The notes: generated by a model from the sequence alone, not told the origin. A DNA stretch of 18,918 bases from a virus (IMGVR_UViG_2698536485_000019:1-18918); one strand, 5' to 3'; positions 7,980-15,678 are shown, counted from the first letter of the stretch. Translations and numbers: made by a program.

Positions 7980-8630
7980 ATGAATACACAACTGATGGGT
8001 GAGCGTATTCGCGCTCGCAGAAAAGAACTCAAGATTAGGCAGGCTGCCCTTGGCAAGATGGTTGGCGTGTCTAATGTTGCTATTTCCCAATGGGAGCGAT
8101 CTGAAACTGAGCCCAATGGCGAAAACCTATTGGCCTTAGCCAAGGCTTTGCAGTGCTCCCCTGATTACCTGTTGAAAGGAGAGGATAGTCTTTCAAACAT
8201 TGCCTATCACAGCAGGCATGATCCAAGAGGTTCGTATCCTCTAATTAGTTGGGTAAGCGCAGGATGTTGGATGGAAGCTGTAGAGCCATATCATAGGCGT
8301 GCAATAGATAACTGGTACGACACAACGGTAGATTGTTCTGAAGACTCTTTTTGGCTCGACGTTAAAGGTGATTCAATGACTGCCCCGGCAGGACTGAGTA
8401 TTCCTGAAGGGATGATTATTCTCGTCGACCCAGAAGTCGAACCACGTAATGGAAAGCTGGTAGTCGCCAAACTTGAAGGAGAAAACGAGGCGACATTCAA
8501 AAAGTTAGTTATTGATGCCGGTAGAAAATTCCTGAAACCACTCAATCCACAATACCCAATGATTGAAATCAATGGGAACTGTAAAATCATTGGCGTTGTC
8601 GTTGATGCCAAGCTAGCAAACCTTCCTTAA
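7980..8630 (+). CDS. cI: Prophage repressor CI (P22 c2-type, HTH + S24 LexA-like autopeptidase domain)
   Basis: 216-aa translation MNTQLMGERIRARRKELKIRQAALGKMVGVSNVAISQWERSETEPNGENLL... with C-terminal S24 motifs (GDSM, KLVVAKL); matches P22 C2 as I recall it. Confidence 0.9.
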   Translation: MNTQLMGERIRARRKELKIRQAALGKMVGVSNVAISQWERSETEPNGENLLALAKALQCSPDYLLKGEDSLSNIAYHSRHDPRGSYPLISWVSAGCWMEAVEPYHRRAIDNWYDTTVDCSEDSFWLDVKGDSMTAPAGLSIPEGMIILVDPEVEPRNGKLVVAKLEGENEATFKKLVIDAGRKFLKPLNPQYPMIEINGNCKIIGVVVDAKLANLP

Positions 8631-8652
8631 GGGGCTTTCGCCCCTTTTTTAT
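8631..8652 (+). terminator. Rho-independent terminator after the repressor gene
   Basis: aggggc-tttc-gcccct followed by tttttta immediately after the cI stop. Confidence 0.6.
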
Positions 8653-8684
8653 TTCCCGTTAAAAATCAAAGACAAACTAAATTC

Positions 8685-8738
8685 GCGCCCATAAAATTAA
8701 GTTTTCTTCAAAAATGCACTTGACCAACAAATTAAGAG
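8685..8738 (+). promoter_or_regulatory. OL operators and pL promoter
   Basis: Operator-like sites aaattaagttttcttcaa (8685-8702) and aattaagaggtcttaaat (8720-8737); -35 TTGACC (8710-8715), 17-bp spacer, -10 TAAATT (8733-8738). Confidence 0.6.
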
Positions 8739-8794
8739 GTCTTAAATTTAAGCCGTCAGCAGGAGGCTGGAAGCCAAACGGAACAGATTGGCAG

Positions 8795-8834
8795 GCTCTT
8801 TAACATCGACGAACTCTCAACCTAACCGTTGAGA
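8795..8834 (+). promoter_or_regulatory. nutL (boxA + boxB)
   Basis: boxA GCTCTTTAACA (8795-8805); boxB hairpin TCTCAAC-CTAACC-GTTGAGA (8815-8834); upstream of N. Confidence 0.7.
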
Positions 8835-8944
8835 CCAGAACTTGAGTGGTTTTGGGGATGGCGCGAATTGCAGCTGCAAGACAGCGATCGAGAAGATAAG
8901 CACCTCGACGCGTCATGCGCCAAAGCCACTTAAAGGAGACCATC

Positions 8945-9250
8945 ATGGTAACCATTGTCTGGAAAGAATCCAAAGGTACGGCAAAAAGCCGCTACAAAGC
9001 TCGCAGAGCAGAACTTATTGCCGAGCGACGCAGTAATGAAGCACTGGCGCGAAAAATTGCGCTAAAGCTCTCTGGTTGCGTCAGAGCAGACAAAGCAGCA
9101 TCACTAGGAAGCCTTTGCTGCAAGAAGAAAGAAGAAGTTGTTCGAAAAAATAGAAGTATTTATTACAAGGATTCAAACCCATTAGGAAACAAAATACATG
9201 CAGTCCAAAAAATAAAATTGTACAGTAAACTACCGTACGGTGCTTATTGA
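8945..9250 (+). CDS. N: Antiterminator N (phage-21-type arginine-rich motif) with a divergent AT-rich 3' end
   Basis: ATG at 8945 after AAGGAG; MVTIVWKESKGTAKSRYKARRAELIAERR... matches the phage 21 N ARM as I recall it; located between nutL and the pL-operon accessory genes. Confidence 0.75.
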   Translation: MVTIVWKESKGTAKSRYKARRAELIAERRSNEALARKIALKLSGCVRADKAASLGSLCCKKKEEVVRKNRSIYYKDSNPLGNKIHAVQKIKLYSKLPYGAY

Positions 9251-9252
9251 GT

Positions 9253-9591
9253 ATGCTTATGGTGAAAAAGACTATTTATGTTAATCCTGACCGCGGACAA
9301 AACAGAAAAGTATCTGATAGAGGTCTTACATCTCGAGACAGGAGGAGAATAGCGAGATGGGAAAAGAGGATAGCATATGCATTAAAAAACGGTGTAACAC
9401 CTGGATTTAATGCTATAGATGACGGTCCTGAATATAAGATTAATGAAGACCCAATGGACAAAGTTGACAAAGCATTAGCAACACCATTTCCTCGCGATGT
9501 CGAAAAAATTGAAGATGAAAAATATGAGGATGTAATGCACAGAGTTGTTAATCACGCTCACCAACGAAATCCAAATAAAAAATGGTCATAG
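9253..9591 (+). CDS. Hypothetical protein (basic N-terminal half, acidic C-terminal half); accessory moron
   Basis: ORF in an AT-rich segment; first ATG 3 nt after the N stop (start uncertain, no clear SD); followed by its own terminator. No family recognised. Confidence 0.45.
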   Translation: MLMVKKTIYVNPDRGQNRKVSDRGLTSRDRRRIARWEKRIAYALKNGVTPGFNAIDDGPEYKINEDPMDKVDKALATPFPRDVEKIEDEKYEDVMHRVVNHAHQRNPNKKWS

Positions 9592-9592
9592 C

Positions 9593-9613
9593 CCACTTCG
9601 GTGGTTTTTTTAT
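9593..9613 (+). terminator. Rho-independent terminator (short stem, UUCG loop, U-run)
   Basis: cccac-ttcg-gtgg followed by ttttttta directly after the 9253-9591 ORF. Confidence 0.5.
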
Positions 9614-9620
9614 TGGCTGA

Positions 9621-9716
9621 ACTAACCGAATTTATTACAGCAAGCCACGCAGTGAAATGGGTGTGACTTGTGTTGGTCGCCAGAAAATGAAATTAGGCAG
9701 CAAACCACTTATTTGA
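9621..9716 (+). pseudogene. Displaced 3' remnant of an N gene (encodes ...NRIYYSKPRSEMGVTCVGRQKMKLGSKPLI-stop)
   Basis: Short open frame with no start codon; it parallels the C-terminus of the intact N gene 400 bp upstream (RSIYY...QKIKLYSKLP) and, as far as I recall it, the phage 21 N C-terminus. Confidence 0.55.
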
Positions 9717-9727
9717 GAGGAATTAAT

Positions 9728-10351
9728 ATGTCATCAATCCGCTTAACTACGAGAATGAAAGAGGAAATCGCTCGTAACGCTTTAATTAAGTCCGGGGTGT
9801 TCACTGAACTTGAAGAAGTAACAAAGTTAAAGAACCAGCTTGCACTTGACGCCAGAGTTATTGCGTTTGGCGGTAAAAAGAAAACTGAGGAAGTGGATCA
9901 GTTATCATCCAAGTTGGTAGCTATAAGTGAAGAACTTGGAAAGATGGGATGTTCATTTTACTCATACGATGTTAGTTCTACTTCAATTTATCTGACTGTA
10001 TCTGGCAGAAGGGTTGGATGGCATTCATATGGGGAAGACGGCAACGGCAAAGATATATTGCTCCCTACTCCGATCAAAGATAAATGCATGTTTGACGCAG
10101 AACACGAAATAACAAAAAGGTTTGATGAAATCTGCGCATTGCAACAAAAACTTGAAGCCAAGAAAAAGGATATCGAATCAAATGTATGGGCTGCTTTGAA
10201 CTCAGTCACAACAGTTAAGCGACTTATTGAAGTTTGGCCTGAAAGCAAAGAATTGCTACCAAAAGAAGCAGATAAAGCAAGTACAGCACTTCCTGCTTTA
10301 CGGGTAGAAGATTTGAATAAGATGATTGGACTTCCTTCCGAGGCCGCATAG
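9728..10351 (+). CDS. Hypothetical soluble protein, 207 aa (accessory gene in the N-cIII slot)
   Basis: ATG at 9728 with GAGAGG RBS at 9715-9720; coherent ORF with no hydrophobic segments; own terminator at the stop. No family recognised. Confidence 0.6.
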   Translation: MSSIRLTTRMKEEIARNALIKSGVFTELEEVTKLKNQLALDARVIAFGGKKKTEEVDQLSSKLVAISEELGKMGCSFYSYDVSSTSIYLTVSGRRVGWHSYGEDGNGKDILLPTPIKDKCMFDAEHEITKRFDEICALQQKLEAKKKDIESNVWAALNSVTTVKRLIEVWPESKELLPKEADKASTALPALRVEDLNKMIGLPSEAA

Positions 10352-10366
10352 TCGGCCTTTATTTTT
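10341..10366 (+). terminator. Rho-independent terminator
   Basis: aggccg-catagt-cggcct followed by ttattttt, overlapping the stop codon of the 9728-10351 ORF. Confidence 0.6.
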
Positions 10367-10485
10367 GGCATAAACAACAGAATAAATACTGCACTGTGTA
10401 TTCATTCCAACGAGTGAATACACGGAGCAATGTCGCTCGTAACTAAACAGGAGCCGACTTGTTCTGATTATTGGAAATCTTCTTT

Positions 10486-10512
10486 GCCCTCCAATGTGAG
10501 GGCGATTTTTTA
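10486..10512 (+). terminator. Rho-independent terminator within the noncoding gap upstream of ea10
   Basis: gccctc-caatgt-gagggc followed by gatttttta. Confidence 0.6.
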
Positions 10513-10531
10513 TCTGTGAGGATATGAACAG

Positions 10532-10900
10532 ATGTCAAACATCAAAAAATACATCATTGATTACGACTGGAAAGCATCAATAGAAATTGAAATCGACCAT
10601 GACGTAATGACAGAGGAAAAACTTCACCAGATTAATAATTTCTGGTCAGACTCTGAACACCGACTCAATAAACACGGCTCTGTATTAAATGCTGTATTAA
10701 TCATGCTGGCGCAACATGCTCTGCTTATAGCAATTTCAAGCGACTTAAATGCATATGGTGTTGTGTGTGAGTTCGACTGGAATGATGGAAATGGTCAGGA
10801 AGGATGGCCTCCAATGGATGGTAGCGAAGGAATAAGAATTACCGATATCGATACATCAGGAATATTTGATTCAGATGATATGACTATCAAAGCCGCCTGA
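10532..10900 (+). CDS. Ea10-like protein (lambda ea10/ssb position), function unknown
   Basis: 122-aa ORF immediately upstream of cIII, the position and length of lambda ea10 as I recall; sequence identity not verified. Confidence 0.55.
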   Translation: MSNIKKYIIDYDWKASIEIEIDHDVMTEEKLHQINNFWSDSEHRLNKHGSVLNAVLIMLAQHALLIAISSDLNAYGVVCEFDWNDGNGQEGWPPMDGSEGIRITDIDTSGIFDSDDMTIKAA

Positions 10901-10972
10901 GCGCGGCGTTACCGCATACCAATAACGCTTCACTCGAGGCGTTTTTCGTTATGTATAAATAAGGAGCACACC

Positions 10973-11113
10973 ATGCAATATGCCATTGCAGGGTGGCCTG
11001 TTGCTGGCTGCCCTTCCGAATCTTTACTTGAGCGAATCACCCGTAAATTACGTGACGGATGGAAACGCCTTATCGACATACTTAATCAGCCAGGAGTTCC
11101 AAAAAATGGATAA
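10973..11113 (+). CDS. cIII: CIII (inhibitor of FtsH-mediated CII degradation)
   Basis: 46-aa ORF (below the six-frame track cutoff) after AAGGAG: MQYAIAGWPVAGCPSESLLERITRKLRDGWKRLIDILNQPGVPKNG, near-identical to lambda CIII as I recall it. Confidence 0.8.
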   Translation: MQYAIAGWPVAGCPSESLLERITRKLRDGWKRLIDILNQPGVPKNG

Positions 11114-11219
11114 AACACTTATGGCTATCCAGACTAAATTCACTATCGCCACTTTTATTGGCGATGAAAAGATGTTTCGTGAAGCCGTAGAAGCCTACAG
11201 AAAATGGAGGTCAAAATGA
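11106..11219 (+). CDS. kil: Kil (host cell-division inhibitor)
   Basis: 37-aa ORF MDKTLMAIQTKFTIATFIGDEKMFREAVEAYRKWRSK overlapping the cIII stop; resembles lambda Kil (from memory). Confidence 0.7.
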   Translation: MDKTLMAIQTKFTIATFIGDEKMFREAVEAYRKWRSK

Positions 11220-11404
11220 TTCCGGTAGAACTGGCGAAAACCCCAGAGTTAAGTCGATTAAAAAGAGAGTATCACATTGCTGAGGCTCGTTACTGGCGTA
11301 AAGCGGGAGATAAATCAAAGAAACAACTTTGCTTATGGCAGGCACAAAGAGAGCGCATGAATGAGCGCGAATTTCTTTCCTCCCCATCCGAATTACCATT
11401 CTGA
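11216..11404 (+). CDS. Hypothetical small basic protein (62 aa)
   Basis: ATG at 11216 overlapping the kil stop (ATGA), GGAGG RBS at 11205-11209; occupies the position lambda gam would take. Confidence 0.45.
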   Translation: MIPVELAKTPELSRLKREYHIAEARYWRKAGDKSKKQLCLWQAQRERMNEREFLSSPSELPF

Positions 11405-11412
11405 GGTGAATT

Positions 11413-12069
11413 ATGGGTACTGCGACATTAATACTCGGTGAGTCTGGCACCGGAAAATCAACCAGTTTAAGAAACTTACCACCAGAAAAAACATTAATCA
11501 TACAGTGCATAAACAAACCGCTACCATTCCCATCAAGTGATTGGGTTAAAATAAGCAAGGAAAACAATAACGGGAACATATACAGAACAGATAATACTGA
11601 AAATATTGTAAGGGCACTAATTAATGCTCCGCATGAAATTGTAGTTATTGATGATTATCAGGCTGTGATGGTTAACGAACTAATGGGTAAATGCAATGAG
11701 AGAGGATATGACAAATTTACCTCGATAGGGAAAAACGCATGGGATGTGTTCAGGGCTGCTGGTGAAGGTGCAGACACTCGGAGAGTTTATATTCTGGCAC
11801 ACACGCAAACTGATGATTTTGGCTATACACGAATGAAAACCGTCGGAAAACTAGTCGATTCGACACTTGTTCCTGAAGGTTATTTCACTATCGTGTTAAG
11901 AACTCACGTACAGAACGGAAAATACTCATTTTCCACCCAGACAAACGGGAGTGATTGTTGTAAAAGTCCGGTTGGGATGTTTGATAGTCAGTTTATTGAT
12001 AATGATTTGTACGAAGTAGATAAAAAAATATGCTCTTACTATGGGTTTGAAAAAAATGAGACGTCTTGA
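11413..12069 (+). CDS. Sak4-like RecA-core ATPase (phage single-strand annealing recombinase family)
   Basis: 218-aa ORF with N-terminal Walker A GESGTGKST and Walker B-like VVIDDY; size and position (replacing exo/bet) fit Sak4-type recombinases of P22-like phages. Confidence 0.6.
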   Translation: MGTATLILGESGTGKSTSLRNLPPEKTLIIQCINKPLPFPSSDWVKISKENNNGNIYRTDNTENIVRALINAPHEIVVIDDYQAVMVNELMGKCNERGYDKFTSIGKNAWDVFRAAGEGADTRRVYILAHTQTDDFGYTRMKTVGKLVDSTLVPEGYFTIVLRTHVQNGKYSFSTQTNGSDCCKSPVGMFDSQFIDNDLYEVDKKICSYYGFEKNETS

Positions 12070-12661
12070 GGTATCCGGCGAGAGATTTGGCAATTTAGTT
12101 GTTATTGGTGATGCAGGAATGCGTGGTACTCAAAGGTTGGTAAACTGTGTGTGTGACTGCGGAGTAGTTTGTGTTAAACAGCTTGGCAACCTCCGTTCAG
12201 GGCACACAAGAAGTTGTGGTTGCTCACGCTCATCTACAACAAAAGCAAGAAAAAACAAACATGGCATGTATGGAACACCAACATACAAGTCATGGTCTTC
12301 AATGTTAACAAGATGCTTCAATGAAAGAAATAGTAAATACAAACACTATGGAGGAAGAGGAATAACTGTTTGTGAACGGTGGCTGAACTTTAAATTATTT
12401 TTCGCTGATATGGGAAAAAGACCTGACGGAACTACATTGGGAAGAATTGATAACAATGGTAATTACGAACCATCAAATTGCGAATGGCAGAAAAGTATCG
12501 AGCAAGCAAGAAATAAGAGTAATACCGTATTATTTAAATTCAATGGAGTGCTGGCAACAATTTCAGAGCACTGCGAAAAAACTGGATTAAACCCAAGCAC
12601 GGTAAGAAGCAGGATTTACACATATCATTGGTCTGTAGACAAGGCCTTATCAAAAGGATAA
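12041..12661 (+). CDS. Cys-rich HNH-family (variant) nuclease-like protein
   Basis: N-terminal Cys cluster CVCDCG...SCGC; C-terminal RIDNNGNYEPSNCEWQKSIEQARN parallels the HNH motif IDHVNGN...NLRLATEEQNARN of the 2714-3325 endonuclease, with the first His replaced by Asn. Start ambiguous (ATG at 12041 or 12056). Confidence 0.5.
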   Translation: MGLKKMRRLEVSGERFGNLVVIGDAGMRGTQRLVNCVCDCGVVCVKQLGNLRSGHTRSCGCSRSSTTKARKNKHGMYGTPTYKSWSSMLTRCFNERNSKYKHYGGRGITVCERWLNFKLFFADMGKRPDGTTLGRIDNNGNYEPSNCEWQKSIEQARNKSNTVLFKFNGVLATISEHCEKTGLNPSTVRSRIYTYHWSVDKALSKG

Positions 12662-12665
12662 AAGC

Positions 12666-13253
12666 ATGAGCAACGTAATTTTTACTTATAACGAAGAAGC
12701 AGCACTGACCGCAGGGCAAGGTGGTTTTATTAACGAAACTGGCGCTCACATAATTACCATTACTGAAGCAGAACTCAAGCAATCAGAAAAAGGAGCCAAA
12801 TTTATTGAGTTTTCTGGAGAATCCGACGACGGACGTAAAATCCAGTATCTTAGCGTCTGTGTTCAGAAAAATGACGGCACGGAAAACAAATTTGGCGCAA
12901 ATGTCGTTCACGCCATGATGGGGTGTGCCGGGATTGGACAATTAACGCAACATATGGTTTCCGCCAGTAAATTTGTTGCACCTGAATTTCATGGAAAGAA
13001 AATCGGGTTAGTGCTCCAGAAAGTATTAACCACAAACAAAAAGACTGGCGCAGACAGCTACCAGATGGAAATACGCATCCCGTTTATTGCACAAACAGGT
13101 CAAACCCTTAAAGAAAAGGCAGAAGGCAAGCAACCAGAAACTATCGCCAACATGGTTGCCAGCCTCAAAGATAAAGACAATCGCTCTAAAAACGTAAGCC
13201 ATAATCATGCAGATGATTATGGTTACAGCCAGAACGATTACCCTCCTTTCTGA
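12666..13253 (+). CDS. SSB-like protein (probable partner of Sak4) with acidic C-terminal tail
   Basis: 195-aa ORF ending ...HADDYGYSQNDYPPF, reminiscent of the SSB C-terminal tail ...DDDIPF; adjacent to the Sak4-like gene. Confidence 0.5.
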   Translation: MSNVIFTYNEEAALTAGQGGFINETGAHIITITEAELKQSEKGAKFIEFSGESDDGRKIQYLSVCVQKNDGTENKFGANVVHAMMGCAGIGQLTQHMVSASKFVAPEFHGKKIGLVLQKVLTTNKKTGADSYQMEIRIPFIAQTGQTLKEKAEGKQPETIANMVASLKDKDNRSKNVSHNHADDYGYSQNDYPPF

Positions 13254-13276
13254 TTACTGAAAATAAGGCTCCCATT

Positions 13277-13573
13277 ATGCCAGCGCCTCTGTATGGTGCG
13301 GATGACCCGCGCAACTGCTCCGGTAGCTCCAAGGCGGAGGTGCTGGAAAATATCAAAAACAATTTCGACGCGTTTCTTGCTCTGACACCAGAAACAAAAG
13401 CAGAACGGATGTACCGACGCGATATACAACTCGCGCTAAAACAGGAGAAGGACCGAACAAACGAAACAGCAATGAGACCGTTGCGAAAAGCGACAATAGA
13501 CAAATTCCCTGAATATATCGACCCGCGCCTGCGTAATTACCGCTCACGCTATGGCGCTATCAGTAATGACTGA
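13277..13573 (+). CDS. Hypothetical protein
   Basis: 98-aa ORF with AAGG upstream; same strand and tight spacing within the pL operon. Confidence 0.5.
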   Translation: MPAPLYGADDPRNCSGSSKAEVLENIKNNFDAFLALTPETKAERMYRRDIQLALKQEKDRTNETAMRPLRKATIDKFPEYIDPRLRNYRSRYGAISND

Positions 13574-13583
13574 GGAATTTACC

Positions 13584-13874
13584 ATGAAAACAATGAAGCT
13601 AAACATCGACCTCGGAAAATACGTTATTACCGGAACCAAACACGACCTGATTCTTAGTGAAAGAGGAATTATCAAAGAAGGCGAGAATGCAGGGAAAGAA
13701 ACACTAAGCCGTATCGGTTATTACAGCAAGTTTGAGCATCTGGTTAAAGAATTATGCAACCGTGAAATCATGTTATCTCAGGCGCAGACGCTACAGGATA
13801 TTCAGCAACATATCGAGAATTTAGGTGTGTCACTTAGCATGGCTATTGACCAGTTCGTGGAGAGTAAATCATGA
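13584..13874 (+). CDS. Hypothetical protein
   Basis: ATG at 13584 preceded by TGAGGAA; 96 aa; stop overlaps the next start (ATGA). Confidence 0.5.
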   Translation: MKTMKLNIDLGKYVITGTKHDLILSERGIIKEGENAGKETLSRIGYYSKFEHLVKELCNREIMLSQAQTLQDIQQHIENLGVSLSMAIDQFVESKS

Positions 13875-14038
13875 GAGGACTTGCATACAATCCCGGCATT
13901 CTTCCAGCAGAAATGATTATTCGCCAACGCGTAAAGCCAATGCCATCGAGAGAGGAATTGCTTAAGAGAAATTCTTTTCCTTCAGTGAATCAAAACAAAT
14001 ATCTGAATGCGATGTGGCGTAAAGGAGGCAAGCAGTGA
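13871..14038 (+). CDS. Hypothetical small protein (55 aa)
   Basis: Below the six-frame cutoff; ATG overlaps the previous stop and its stop overlaps the GTG start of the next gene (translational coupling pattern). Confidence 0.35.
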   Translation: MRGLAYNPGILPAEMIIRQRVKPMPSREELLKRNSFPSVNQNKYLNAMWRKGGKQ

Positions 14039-14493
14039 GCGAAATTAACTATAAAGAACTGCGCGAGGCGGCGAAACAGGCAACGCAAGATGAATGGGTA
14101 GCATATATTTTGCCGGGCCATAACGGCATTTATCCTGCGCGCACGTCTGAGGGTAGGCATTGCGGATACTTTATTGACTGGCCTGGTACTGATGGACAGA
14201 GGAACGCTAGTGCCAATGCCCGTTATATCGCGGCTATCCCACCAAAAGTTGCGCTGGACCTCCTAGGCGAAATTAAGCGCCTGGAGGACAAAAATATTGA
14301 TGCCATGTGCCAAATTGCAGAGCTGGAGAGCAATCGCGCGGCGCTGGCGGCGGAGCATGGTATTCAGATTGCAATAAATGAACTGCTTGCTCTGGCCCCG
14401 CGTCTGGATAAACGAGCGGTGGATGCACTCTCTGTGGCTGTGGAGCACCTGTGTAAACTGATTAAGAAGGAGGCAGTCAGTGAGCAAAATTAA
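14035..14493 (+). CDS. Ead/Ea22-like protein
   Basis: GTG start; N-terminus [16 protein letters not shown]...W and ...[16 protein letters not shown] is paralogous to the next gene; the family name is from memory. Confidence 0.55.
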   Translation: MSEINYKELREAAKQATQDEWVAYILPGHNGIYPARTSEGRHCGYFIDWPGTDGQRNASANARYIAAIPPKVALDLLGEIKRLEDKNIDAMCQIAELESNRAALAAEHGIQIAINELLALAPRLDKRAVDALSVAVEHLCKLIKKEAVSEQN

Positions 14494-15154
14494 TTACCAG
14501 GCACTGCGTGAGGCGGCAGAGAAAGCAACGTGGGGAGACTGGGACTCATATAAACCACACCGTGGCGCACGTGGTTATGAGGTCCGACTAAGTAGTCAGG
14601 CCATTGCGCAACACGTCCTGAAAAACAACGCTGAATTTATTGCTGCCTTTAATCCAAAGATTGCTTTGGCACTACTGGATGAACGGGAAAGAAACCAGCA
14701 ATACATCAAACGCCGCGACCAGGAGAACGAGGATATTGCGCTAACGGTAGGGAAGCTGCGTGTTGAGCTGGAAGGCAAAGACAGCAAAATAGCCAATCTT
14801 ACCGCCGAACGCGATGCTCTTCGTGAAGGTGAGATGGGCGACGCTAGGCATAGCAACACACGGGCCGCAGCTGATATCTACTTCCAACTGGTCGAGGAGT
14901 GCGAAATTCCTGCTGGCCGTTCTCTGGTCGAGTACGTTGACGATATGCGCGAGAAGCTGGAAGCCGCAGAGAAGCGCATTGCTGAGCTGGAGTTGCGGGA
15001 GGTTGTGCTTCCGCAATGCTATAGCATGTTGCATCGCGTCGATTTTGACGAGCCTTACCACACTGAAATGGTTTACAGGCAGCATCAGGTTCTTGAGGCA
15101 CTGCACAACGCTGGAATAAACGTCACCGAAGCAGGTAAAGGAGAGGCATCATGA
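14480..15154 (+). CDS. Ead/Ea22-like protein with coiled-coil C-terminal region
   Basis: GTG start after AAGGAGG; N-terminus [20 protein letters not shown] and ...AEFIAAFNPKIALALL matches the upstream paralog. Confidence 0.55.
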   Translation: MSKINYQALREAAEKATWGDWDSYKPHRGARGYEVRLSSQAIAQHVLKNNAEFIAAFNPKIALALLDERERNQQYIKRRDQENEDIALTVGKLRVELEGKDSKIANLTAERDALREGEMGDARHSNTRAAADIYFQLVEECEIPAGRSLVEYVDDMREKLEAAEKRIAELELREVVLPQCYSMLHRVDFDEPYHTEMVYRQHQVLEALHNAGINVTEAGKGEAS

Positions 15155-15678
15155 GCACTATCACAAGAGAATGGCTGCAGCAGACTATCAACGATTATGA
15201 AAGCGTTCGTGATGAGCTTCCTTTCGGGCTTGATGATTACCAGGGGAATATCCTGGCTGCCCTGCGTATCGCACTGGCATCGCTGGAAGCAGAGCCGGTG
15301 GCGTGGAAGGTAACATTCACGCAAATTGACCGTGAATATAACACGTTCACTGGTATGTATTCTGACAAAGCAGAAGTCGAACGGTGGGTGCGTCTGCATA
15401 AAGCATGTAATTTTCGGGCAGATATAACACCGCTTTATACCGCCAAGCCAGTGCCGGTAACTCCGGATGGTTGGATAAGCTGTAGTGAGCGAATGCCAGA
15501 AATTAGACAAACAGTTATTGGATGGAATGAATATGCAGTTAGACAATGCGTATATACAAGGAATGAATATGCCAAGACACAGAAAGGCAGAGAGCCAAGG
15601 TTTGAAACCTTAACTGGTATATGGCATGGAGTAACCCACTGGATGCCGCTACCAGAACCGCCGCAGGAGGTTAATTGA
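15151..15678 (+). CDS. DUF551-like prophage protein
   Basis: 175-aa ORF with C-terminal W-x-SCSERMPE...GVTHWMPLPEPP, resembling the DUF551 motif common in lambdoid prophages (from memory); RBS AAGGAGAGG. Confidence 0.55.
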   Translation: MSTITREWLQQTINDYESVRDELPFGLDDYQGNILAALRIALASLEAEPVAWKVTFTQIDREYNTFTGMYSDKAEVERWVRLHKACNFRADITPLYTAKPVPVTPDGWISCSERMPEIRQTVIGWNEYAVRQCVYTRNEYAKTQKGREPRFETLTGIWHGVTHWMPLPEPPQEVN

